DNA from: Salpingoeca rosetta | Lineage: Eukaryota > Protista > Choanoflagellata | Direction: 5' to 3' | Length of the DNA stretch: 64,000 nucleotides | Assembly: GCA_033442325.1 (NCBI GenBank) | Contig: JAWQFM010000002.1 | Coordinates: 2,229,315-2,293,314 of the forward strand | Part shown: positions 45,982 to 57,047 of the stretch, piece after piece | Numbering within the stretch: position 1 is the first letter of the stretch | Layout: every line of letters starts with the position of its first letter | Notes under the pieces: generated by a model | Databases searched by the model: none | What the model was told of the DNA's origin: nothing | Seen by the model: only the letters and a program-made list of their open reading frames with translations | Translations under genes and position numbers: made by a program

Positions 45982-48910
45982 AGCAAACACCCACGCACAC
46001 ACATTCGACCACTCACCCGCGCACTCGCATACACACATACCCAGCAATGTGGTGTCACAAATAAAAGGCAATAGAGGAAGACGCCTCTCTGACGCCTTCG
46101 ATGCTGCAAATTGCAGCAATACTGGCAGGCTGTGACTACACCAAAGGCAGGGACAACGTTGGCTTATTGACAATACTGGCAGGCTGTGACTACACCAAAG
46201 GCAGGGACAACGTTGGCTTATTGACAGCACTTCAAGAACCGTTGGCTCAAGCCAGAGCCCACGCCCACGCCCACGCCCACGCCCATGCCCACGCCCACGC
46301 CCATGCCCACGCCCACGCCCACGCCCACGCCCACGCCCACGCCCACGCCCACGCCCACACCTCCGTAGACGAACCCGAGGTAGACAACAATTCCGAGGCC
46401 GACACCAGTCATCGCGCGCACCTTCGTACGTTTTCCTCCATCGGTCTCGGCGTACCACGCGCGAACGTAATCCAAATCTGCAGGTGCGTGAGTGTAAGCA
46501 TAAGTGTGAGTGTGCTTGTGTGAAAATATGTGTGCATGTGTAATATGTGTGTATGTGCAACAGTGTGCGTGTCGATGTGATGTGCGAGAGTGTGAGAGAG
46601 AGACACGCACCAACTGCCACCTCACATGCACACGCGCGCATCTCTATATGACAGACCATTCAAAGCTTGTTCCACTCACCCTTGCCCGTTTGACGCACGC
46701 CTTGCAGATACGTGGGGGATATGCGCTGGGCGGTGACCGAAGCTATTCGGGATATGTACCTGAAGTGCGCGGAGGAGCACGACATACTTGGTGAGTTACA
46801 GGAGCTCGCACAAACAACGAGGAAACGCTACGTTCAAGCCAAGATCGACTTTCGCAAGACAGGCAAGTGGGACAAGGAAGTCAAAACGCCCACCGAGCCA
46901 GCTACGTTTTCAAGCAAGGTCGTTGAGCTGTCAGCCCACGGCATGGGCAGGGTGTGCACCCGCATGCGCCAGCATGCACGCAACAAGGAGGCTCGCCAAC
47001 CTGACCCACAGGGAATCGAGCGTTTCTTCGGCGACCGAGTGCCAACACGGCCATCATTCATGTCTGCCACTGCGGTAAGCCATATTTGCACACTTGAAGT
47101 TGGCGATGTTCTAAACGTAAATGTACCTCGGTGTCTTGTGCGTATGTGTGTGTGTGTGTGCAAGTGGGTGAGAGTGAATGTGTGTGTGTGTGAATGAATG
47201 TGATGTGAACGGGCGTGAGTGTATGCGCTAAACGTGCATGTGTGTTTGTGCAACAGTGCGCATGTTGATGCAAGAGTGAGAGTGAGAGACATGCACCGAC
47301 TGCTACCCCCGCTTCAGCTTACCAGCCACCACGCGCCACATGTTCTTTTGCTTGCAGGCTCACACTCTTCTCAATCTGCAGTTTCGCCTCATGGAGGGAA
47401 ACTGCCGGCTGTACCTTCGAGTGGCGGCCCGAAAGGCAGCAGCGCGCAGTTCGCGAGCCGGTGGCGGATGTCTTGGTATTGATGATGCCCGGCTTGCTTG
47501 TGTGTCTCTGGCGGAACAGGCGCTGTTCGTCGCCGCTTTGACACACAAGCAAGGTGGTGACACTTCAGCAGTTTTCCCGCGCTTCGCTGCTCGGCACCCA
47601 TTCATCACGATCGACAGTTGTGCATGTCATGCACTGAAGTGCCAAGCCAGCGTGCTGTCCAAGAACGTGCGCAGCATCCGCACAAACGGACACATCGCAT
47701 ACCTGATCCAGAAGAAGGCACCTGCGACCTCCACCGCGACCTCCAGTTCCCGCAGCACTGGCACATCAAAGAAGGCGGGGAAGACTGAGGCAACTGATGT
47801 GAAGCCCGATGTGTGTCGAGTGGTGGGGTTGGACCCTGGTACACGTAAGCCGCTCGTCGCCGTAAGGCTGGGAGACGGAAAGAAGTACACAGTTAGCCAG
47901 GCGCGACTAGTGTCTGAGTGCGGAGTGAAGGCTGGCAGAACTTCAGCTCGTGGTGCCACGTCGACAGATGGTGACGATGGTGACAACGATGGTGACGATG
48001 ACGAGGGTGACGACGTCAATTGTGATGATGATGATGATGGCGCCATCAAAGACAGTAAAGTAGGACACGGCCACCCTGAGGACAGGGGCGGTGATGATGC
48101 AAAAGGTGCTTGTGAGGACGCAAGCTCAGGGGACGACGGGCGCGGGCCTCCGGCTTTGTCCGGTCGGCGGCTGAAGCGCAAGCTTCACACCCGGATGAAG
48201 GCAATCCGACCGTATCAGCAAAGAGCTTTGGCGGCGGCTGGGGCCAAGTCAGATTTTCTTTGGAGCCTGGTGCGTTTCATGCCCCGCTAGCTAGCGACAT
48301 TGTTTGTCTGATGCCTGCGTGGTGGCGCTGTTCTAATGAAGGTTCTGTCGCGGCTTGTTTTGGTCAACGTGTGCAGTGTGCATCGTGGTCGGGGTGGTGG
48401 CGCAAAGTCCAGCACCCTTCGGCTCAGAAGGATGCTGGAAGCTCGCGCCCCTTTGCAGACAGTCGATGAGTTTCGAACCACGCGCTACTCCCTGTGTTGC
48501 GCGTGGCCTCGCGACATTGACGCGTCCAGGCAGTCCCGGTGCAAGTCTTGCGGCGACACCCGCGATCGCGACGCGGCAGCAGCGGTCACCATCGCGTGCA
48601 GGTAATTCTACGCTTCACACTCACTGTGCCTGCTCGCTTGTGGCTGCTTTGTTTGATTCTGACAGCTCGGTGTCTCGCTTTCCCTCTGGGACCATGCTGT
48701 AGAACCCTGACGGCGCAAGCGGGGGGGAACCTGGGCGTGTGGCAGCGGCGTACTTGCTCGCCGCAGATACCAGACCGCCACAATGCCTTGCGTCGCACGC
48801 ATCGTCGTGTGCAGCGCATGTGGTCCGTCCGCATGCGAGCTGCCACCGTCGCCAACCGTCTTCTGAAGCTGAACTCCAGGCTAGGGAAGACCTCACCTCA
48901 CCGGCAGTGA
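45060..48910 (+). CDS. XPG/FEN1/EXO1-family nuclease domain fused to Fanzor1-like (TnpB-related) RuvC nuclease; 7 exons (45060-45381, 45584-45695, 46045-46483, 46708-47074, 47358-48269, 48342-48601, 48703-48910); one frameshift near 46088
   Basis: XPG-N: MGVRGFW...VGVDAMIYLHK...VLVLDGQAP. XPG-I: APGEADAMLA...TEDSDLLVYG. H3TH: ILAGCDY...NVGLLTA. Fanzor part: SIRTNG (47673), VVGLDPG (D at 47832), VDEFRTT (E at 48468), CC...CKSC zinc finger, RDRDAAAAVTI (D at 48570). Splice phases are compatible at all six GT-AG introns. Confidence 0.8.
46117..46224 (+). repeat. Perfect 54-bp tandem duplication (2 copies) of the H3TH motif
   Basis: caatactggcaggctgtgactacaccaaaggcagggacaacgttggcttattga at 46117-46170 and again at 46171-46224; encodes ILAGCDYTKGRDNVGLLT twice. 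Confidence 0.95.
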
Positions 48911-49049
48911 CGCAGTCGTGTACCTTTCTTGCGTGTTAGCATTTGTTTGGGTATCACTGGCCCGCAATGCGATGTACTTGTTGGTGCGCGTGTTATGCAT
49001 ACACATTCCACAAGTCGTCACGAAGAGACAGATACATCGTGTACAAGCA

Positions 49050-52000
49050 AAGCTGGGATGGTGGAGAGCCAAGCGCAAGCGCGATGCTCACGTCCAGGAA
49101 CACGTCCTCATACACGGGCTGGCAGTTGTGGTCGCGGAGGCCGGCGAGCGGGCGCGTGGTTGGGCGTGACAGAGACGCTGTGGTCGTCGACGCAAGGGGA
49201 AACCACACACGCACATCCACGGATGCAGCAACGGCCGTGCCAGACACGCGCACCGTCACAGACACCCGTGATTGGCCCTCAATCTCCGTGCCCAGCAGCA
49301 CCACGGCAGTGCAGTCCGCCGCAACACGCACAACGCTCTGCTTGCCACTCTCACATGCAAGTGCTGTGGTTGACGGCGACACGGGCGCGATGGTGCCTCG
49401 TGCTCCGCCGACCACAGAGCAAGCGCACTTGAAACAGTGTTGCCGTCCAGCCTTGCCGTGTTGATGAGCTCCGCTTGCGCCAAGTGCGGAAGAAGCGCAA
49501 CAAGCGTGTTGGCTGCGACGGGGACATACCCAATGCTCTTGGAGGCGAGCACGCCGCGGTTGCGATGCAGGTGCAGTGCGGGGCTGGGCAGTGGGTAGAA
49601 GCCCTCCAGCTGCAGGTTGCGGCCCTGCAGGTCAACAAAGCCCACCACCGTTGCCTGAAGCTCAGAGAAGCGGCCCTCCACGGCCTGTGGCATCACTGCC
49701 ATCTCAATCGTGCACAGCACCTCGGGGCTGGCGTAGCTGCTGCTGCCACCGCCACCCGACTGCTGCACCTGGCGCTGCAAGCTGATGGCGAGGGTGGTGT
49801 TGCCGCTCGTCGATGTGCGGGCGGACCAGCCAGGCGCCGCAACCACGCGCACGAAGCGAAGCGCGTCAGAGTCAATCATGTCCATGCGCAGCACAACAGC
49901 AGACACACCGCGGTCGGCTTGCGCATACACGGCCAGCTGTGTCGTATCCTCGCGATACACCGGTGCAAACGGCACCAGCACAGCCACGGTGTTGCGCACC
50001 CTCGCTGTAATGGCGGGGCGTGACGCAAGCTGCAGCTGTCCTGGCAGCTCTTGCATGAACGCAGAGGCAGAAAGAGAAGCGCCAATGCCGTACGCGACCG
50101 TGACTGCGCGCATGGCAGCCGGTGTGCCGTCGCTGTTCTCAAGGGGGAACCATGACTGAGGCACACTCGTCCACGTAATGCAGCCTGAAGAAGCGGCGCT
50201 CATCTCACACCACGCCTGTACGCTCACGTCCTTCTTGGTGCCGTCACCATCAGTGTCCACACGTGCGCTCAGCGTGATGCTGACAGTGGTGGCAGCAGTG
50301 CGCATGTTGAAGCTGGCGTCGCGCGCTTGCAGGTGCACCCACACGTGCGGAGCGTCAAACCACACCGTGCTGGCAGACAGCAGCGTCGCCACCACGTCGT
50401 GCGCTGGCTGGCGAGGAACATCAACGTCCTCCTCCGCTTGCAAAGATGCCCACGCAGCGCTCAGCCGCGTCGTCACCGTGTCAGTGGTCGCACTGTCGGT
50501 GATGACCTCTGGGTTGGTGCCTGGCAGCAGCAGGTACGGCTGCGTGAAGGCGACAGAGGACACGCGAACGGGCTGCTGCTGGAACAGCGCTGAGTGCTCG
50601 ACCTGCATCTGTGGCACGGGATACACGCTGGAGATGTTGCAGGTTGGGCCCTCAAACTCCACCGGGCACGCGCACATGTAGTGGCGCGCCTGCGCGTCCT
50701 GCACGCACGTGCCGCCGTTGGCGCAGAACGCATCCGAGCCCTCGTTGCAGTCGCACACGTCGCCGATGCCGTTGCTGTCGCTGTCGCGCTGCTGCGGGTT
50801 GAACACGCGCGGGCAGTTGTCCTTGTCGTCAAACACGCCATCGCCGTCTGTGTCTGCGCGCTCGGCGGGGCAGTCGTCACGAGCCAGCATCACGTCTGGG
50901 AACTCCTCGCTGTCGCTGTTCACTTCCAACGAAGCAATGTTCTCCAGCAGGAACGGGCCAATGAAACACAGGTTCGAGTTGTTGGCAATCACCCACGAGC
51001 CACCGTACGACTGCAGGCTCGCCAGTGCACCCACGTCCAGCAAGACGGTGTTGTCGCGAACGAGGATGTCACCGTCCACGCGCGCAAGGTTGGAAGGTCC
51101 ATCGAGCGTCATCAGGCGCAGGTTGTTGCGAACAATCACATCGCCTGCAATCTGCAGTACTGCAGCCAGGCCGTTGACGCGAAGCAGGAAGTCGTTGTTC
51201 TCCAACACAAATGATCCTTGCAGCCACATGGGCAGGTTCACTGCTTCCAGCGACACGAGACTCGAATGGCGAATAATCACGCTGCCGCACGTGCTGGGCT
51301 CCAGGCCCTGCAAGGTGGAAGGGCCAGCATCGGCCACCACCAGTTTGCCATCGATGGTGGTGAGCGCAGAGAGGCCGGACACGGTGCGCAGCTGTGCGTT
51401 GTTCTCAAGCACGAGGCCGCCAACCCATGTCAGGTTTGCAAGGCCACGCAGAGACACAAGATGGTCGTTGTTGCGCAGCGCAAGCACGCCCGCGACACGC
51501 TGCAGGTTTGAGAGCGAAGCGAGGTGGGCGATGGTGGCGTTTGCTGTATCGTCACCCGTGGCGTTCGCAGGTGCAGCCGTAATGGAGATGGTGACGTTGC
51601 TGTGGAAGACACGACACTCTGCAAGCAAGGCCAGGTCTTCGTATGTGGTCACGGTGGCAGTGGCGCCCGCTTGGTCGAGGAAGCAGTCGCGTGCAAATTC
51701 GCATCTGTCACCCGAGAACCCGGATGGGCATTGGCAATAGAAGCCAGCCACGCGGTCCTCACACAGACCACCGTTGAGGCAGGGCTCAGCCAGGCAGTCG
51801 TCAGCATCAATGCAGGACGCCGTGCTGGAGACCATGCCATTGTCCTGGCACACCTCCGTGAACGTGGTGGGCCCGTCCACGAGTCCGTTGGTCGTGTATC
51901 CTTGCAAGCAGGCCACGCCCACTTGCTCCATGAACGCGAGCTGCTGCGATGCGTCGTCGCCATCAACAAGGCTGCCGTTGACGACCAAGGCCGCGTTGGG

Positions 52001-54055
52001 CGGCGGCACAGCCGTGCACATCACGGGCTCGTCGCACACATCGCCACGGAAGCCGGTGCCTGTGCAGTTGCACGTGTACTCGTTAATGCCGTCCACGCAA
52101 ACGCCGGGGCCGCAGGGCTCCGCCTGCTGTGCGCACTCATCCACGTTGATCTCGCACCGCGCGCCATCGTACCCGGGTGGGCACATGCACTCAAACCCTT
52201 CACCTGGGACGTCGACACAGTCCCGCCGTTGAAGCAGCGCGTTGCGTCGCAGTCAACCTCGTTAATCACGCGCACTGTCAGCGTCTGCGTGAGTGTCAAG
52301 GGCGGGCTCACCGCGGTGTCCTCCACGCGGATGGTGATGTTGTGGGACCGCTGCGTCTCGTAGTCCAGCCGCCGTGACAGCACGAGCGAAGTACCAAACA
52401 CGAAGAAGGGAGGATCGCCAGCAGAAAGCGCCACAAAGCGGTGGAAGCGCGCAGCGTCAGCATCCTCATCCTCAGCCCACACATGTGCAACTGTGCTCCC
52501 GACGGAAGCAAACTCGCTCACAGCGGTCGGGCTCAGCGCGATGCGCGTGGGCGGGTCGTTGGCGTTGGTGACGGTGAGAGTGAAGGTGGTCGTCGTCTCA
52601 CGTTGCGGCACGCCGCTGTCCACACAGCGGATGGTCACAGAGGCCGTTTGCGCCTCCTCAAAGTTGAGCGGCTCAGCTCCCGCACGCAGGACAACCTCGC
52701 TTCCGTTGGCCATGGATGACGACGATGACGCTGAGGAGTCGATGGCAAACTGCGACTGCGGTGACACAACCTCACACGTTGCCGTCTGGTCGGCTTCGTC
52801 CGTCACAAGCACGCGTGCCAGCTGCTCGCCCTCTGGCGTGTTCTCCTGCACCGTGGTTGTGATCAGCGCCAGCGTTGGCGGCTCGTTCACGTCCTCCACC
52901 ACCAGCGTGACGTTGGTCGTCGTTGTCGTCGTTCCGTCAGAGACGCCAAGCGTGTACGTGCGCTTGTTGTCGTTTGTGGACGCGACGAGACCCTCGTAGT
53001 CCTGTGCAGGCAGCGTGAACGTTGCGTTGCACGGCGTGAAGGGGGACGTGCGACCTGCGCAGGGCGTGATCTGCACCGCTGTTGCCTCTGGATCCTCCAC
53101 CAGGAACAAGGTCAGGTCATCGCTCAGGTCCTCATCAACCACACCCACATCCACAGGTACGGGCTGGTTCTCGGGTGCTGTGATGAACGCGTTGTCCTGC
53201 GCTGGTTCCGTAAACACGGGTGCATCGTTGGCGTCCGTGACGCGAATGGGGATGCGCGCCTCAGTCTCCAGTCCCGTTGCATCCACAGCAACCACGCCGA
53301 ACCACTGCACACCGTCAGCGCCACCACTGCTTTCCTCAAAGTTGAGTGGCGCAACAAGCGTAACGTTGCCATCGCTGGTCACAGCCAGCACTGCCGGTAC
53401 ACCAGACCGGAACGTAACTGGACCAGACCCTTCAGGGTCAAGCGCGGAGAGTTGGCCGATCCGTGTCGTTGGCACCGTGTTCTCAACGACGGTGGGCTGT
53501 GTCGGTGTGAGTGTGACGTCCACCGGGGGCTCGTTCACATCCTCCACGGTGATGTTGACCAGCTGCTGCACAAACTGACCAGCAGAGTCGATGGCCACCA
53601 GGTGAAGATGCAGCAAGGGCTCCGTCTCGTAGTCGAACAGCGTCGCCGCATCATCGCGCACGTACAGCAGATTCCCGCGCAGTTGCAGCCGCGTGTCCAT
53701 GCCAACGCCGGCAATCGTGTGCGTGTCGTTGACATCTGGGTCTGCAACGACAAGCTCACCCAACAGCATGCCTGCCGCTGCATCCTCACGCAGCTCGCCA
53801 TCAAACGTGATGCCTGTTGGTGGCTCGTTCACATCGCCAATGCGCACCGTCACGCCCTGTGTGACGTTCAGCCGCTGCGGCGTGGTGTCTGTGCACGTCA
53901 CCACCACCTCCACAGTTGGGCTCGTCTCAAAGTCAAGCACTCCGGCTGCATCACTGCGCAGCACAAGCTCGTTGTTGTCTGTCGTCACGGAGAACAGTGC
54001 ACTGCCAGTGGCCGAGGTGTCAGTTACTGCGCACGAGTGCTGTTGTCCGGTGGTG
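49050..54055 (-). pseudogene. Intronless fragment of a coherin-like cadherin: ~6 cadherin repeats, EGF, sushi-like, receptor L-domain, TSP3, EGF, TMEM132/cohesin region; frameshifted and truncated at both ends
   Basis: Cadherin motifs LDFE/DYE, DVNEPP, DANDAP, A.DPD. EGF motifs CMCPPGYDGARCE, PCLNGGLC. L-domain LRGLANLTWVGGLVLENN. TSP3 DGDGVFDDKDNCP...NPQQRDSD.NGIGDVC. TMEM132-like CEM...GCITWTSVPQSWF, AELINTARLDG, VRVWFP. Frameshifts near 52220 and ~49415. Confidence 0.8.
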
Positions 54056-54058
54056 TCT

Positions 54059-55120
54059 TCACACGCCGTCATCGTCCCCCTCCTCACACTCTTCGCCCTC
54101 TTCTCCATCTTCACCCTCATCCATCCGTTCGTCAACCCAATCAACCTCCTCATCGAGCACGACTGCGGCTGCCTTTTCAACGTCCATCTCGTCAGTGCTA
54201 TCAGCGCTCGCAGCTCGGGTGGTTGTACATGGTGCTGCTTGCTCTACTGCCTCCTCTTCGCCCCTGCCATCGATGATGCGCCGCTGCCGCTCCAGCTGCT
54301 TGTCGATCGAGTCAATAATGGCTTGCACGCGCGTCTTGCCATCTTTGCGGTACTGCCCGCGATCCTCGGCCAGGCGTTGGATTTCTTCCTCCAGACGCCT
54401 TCCAACATCCTCGAAGGTTGTATCGAGGCTGTATCTGCGGCCGACGTTGCCCTGATCAGCGCCCACACGAGCTCGATTGGGTTGAGGTCGCTGTAGCACG
54501 GAGGGGAGAAGAGCACCTTGTGGCCCTTGCGCCTCGGCCAGCTGCACCACCTCGGGTTGGACGTGGTTCTTCACCCACAACTTCAGGCGGTCTTTCAGCT
54601 CGCAGGAGAAGTCAGTCTCGCTCACGGTCAGGTTCCTGGCTCGCAGAGCTGCAATGACGTCCGCTTTCTTCATTCTCCCCGGGACTGACGTGTCTGGTGG
54701 GAGGGTGCAGTGGTACGCTGCGTTGTCCATGATGATGAGCGACGGCTGGTGCAGGTTCGGCAGCAACGCATCCTTGAACCAGCTGATGAAGTTGTCAGAA
54801 TTAAAGGCTTTATGATAGTCCCCTGTATGGAAGCTCCCACGAGGGGGCTTCCGGGGACGGCCCTGCTGTTGCTGTGGTTGCTCAGGAAGGTCTTCGTCAG
54901 CGACGGGGCACTTCTTCCGCGTGTGCCCTGGCTGCTTGCATCGACCACACTTGCGTGTGGATGGTTGCTTCTGTGGTTGTTGAGGCAGGTCTTCTTCAGC
55001 GACGGGGCACTTCTTCCGCGTGTGCCCTGGCTGCTTGCACCGTGGTGGTGGTGGTGATGATGATGGCGGCGGTGGCGGTTGAAGTGACGATGATGGTGGC
55101 GGAGGAGGAGGTGGTGGTGC

Positions 55121-55171
<51 letters not shown>

Positions 55172-55224
55172 GTTGAAGTGACGATGATGGTGGCGGAGGA
55201 GGAGGTGGTGGTGCTTGCTGCTGC

Positions 55225-55269
<45 letters not shown>

Positions 55270-55614
55270 CGTTGTTGTCGCCGCTCACGCTGCAGTGCGC
55301 TGCCAGGGTCGAAGATCCAGCTCGTGCCTGGAACAGGACCGGCGAGGGCGCGGTCGTTGCGGTCACTGACGGTGCACACGCGCGGATCCGGGCCCTGAAC
55401 TGCGAGGGCAAAGCAGTAGCGCCGACCCCGCTTGATCTTGCGATGACTGTGCATGTCTTGACCGTCGTTGGGGTCATACAGGGAGTCTCTGTTCCTGTTG
55501 TAGTTCCTGTCAATGTATGATTCATCGAGATACACCTACAGGCAATTGAGCCACGTGAGACACGAAAAGGGAACATTGCACATGCGAAGAAACATCGACA
55601 ACACAGCAGCATGG

Positions 55615-55652
<38 letters not shown>

Positions 55653-56562
55653 CTCTGAGGCGCTCGTCAGGTGGCAACCTCCTGTTTGCATCAAACTCCT
55701 TCAGATACTTCGCCAGCAGCTGCTTGTGCCTCGGGTTCTCTTGAACAACGTGCTTGTTGCCGCGAAGGTAGCCCGCACGACGAAGAAACCGCTGCACTGC
55801 CCGCAGAGCCGCCGCCCTGTCCAGTTCGTCGTCACCATCGCCAGCAAACGAAGGTCGTACGTCCACATGCCTGTGCTTGCGTAGGAAGTCAAGCACCTGT
55901 ACGGCCGTGATGCGGTGTCCACCTTCTCTCTGCATGCGCACGTGATCGCGAACCTGCCTGAGCACACGTTTTGTCGTGGGCACACGTGTCGGCAGCTGTG
56001 TCGCCTTCCCACGGCGGTTCTCAACAGAAAGTGTCTTAAGGCCCTGCAGACACGAAGCACATGGAATATGAGCCAACATGAACAGATCTAAGACAAACAG
56101 CACGCTGGTGTATGAGTTGACCACAGCAGGTACATCTCCTCAACTCACATCTATGCCGTGCTCTTGCAACAGCTTGTTGAGCATTGCATACTTCCGACGC
56201 ACAGTGCTGAGGCCAACCCTGTGTTGTTCCAGACCGAGGTAAAAGAGTGAAGTGAGGTCGGCCATGCGAATGAATCATGTCACAGTTGACACATGCAAAC
56301 ACGTCAGCTTGCACACTAACAAAAGAGTGTCAACATACCCCAACTGCTTAGCAGCACGTTCATCGACCTGGCCATTCGAGCGCTTGCCCTTGGACTTCCT
56401 CCGGTTCTCCAAGTGTGCCAATTTCAACTGCATGTACACATGCAAAACCAGAAGCGTTTCCTTCTCTGTCAGGGTTCCCTGACCCCTCATGTTCCTCAGG
56501 CACGCACATATCTCCACGATCTCCTGAGGAGTCACGTGCTTCTTGGTTACCGGCTTGGGCAT
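54059..56562 (-). mobile_element. IS630/Tc1-mariner-superfamily DDE transposase with 3 introns, HTH and inserted CCHC zinc knuckles; frameshifted (probably inactive)
   Basis: HTH ERAAKQLG|VGLSTVRRKY. Catalytic motifs VYLDESY, GDYH..FN...F..WF, LIIMDNAAYH, VLFSPPCYSDLNPIELVW. Frame changes near 55150, 54525 and 54455. Confidence 0.88.
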
Positions 56563-56878
56563 GTCTTGTCGTGCCCGCTTTGGTGAGTTGGTGGCAGCTC
56601 GCCTTCATCGTCGTCGCTCACCACCTCGGAATCAGGCACAAACTCATCGTCGGTGATGGTGGTTGAAAATTTTTATTTTGCCGACGATTTGCACGAAAGA
56701 TGCAACTTGACAGCGGTCGCTTGGGGCGTGTGCGTCACCCTTGCACCCCAAACCAGCGCAGATGCATGTGCAAGGCCGACGTGGTGCTGCCGGTCAGCTT
56801 TCAAACGACTCAAATCCAACCACAAACGAGAAAAATAAAACCCTACCATTTCGTGTGTCGGGCACTGTCACGTCAGCA

Positions 56879-56916
56879 GTTTGCAAATTGAGGTCATGCT
56901 GTTGCAATTTGCAAAC
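56879..56916. repeat. 12-bp perfect inverted repeat with 14-bp spacer
   Basis: gtttgcaaattg (56879-56890) and caatttgcaaac (56905-56916), lying between the divergent transposase and UTP14 starts. Confidence 0.8.
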
Positions 56917-57047
56917 GTCAATTTGTGGACCTCGGCGGAAAAGCACACGACACACACGTGCACCACCCAACAAGTCAACAAGCTCAACAAGCAAGCAACA
57001 AGGCACAAGCAACCAACAGCGATCTAGCGAGCGTCGGACCAGCCACT

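Noticed and set aside
45060-46230. Calling the locus the host FEN1/EXO1/GEN1 gene
   Set aside because: The domain is minimal and frameshifted, and it splices in frame into a RuvC/Fanzor region inside a decayed island.
44800-48912. 8-bp inverted match cgtcactg/cagtgacg flanking the XPG-Fanzor gene as possible TIRs
   Set aside because: Too short, no target-site duplication, and the right copy overlaps the stop codon; compatible with chance.
52021-54180. 719-aa ORF suggesting a transposase-cadherin fusion protein
   Set aside because: Its first ~40 codons are an alternative frame of the transposase tail, and the transposase frame stops at 54059. It is a DNA junction, not a demonstrated fusion protein.
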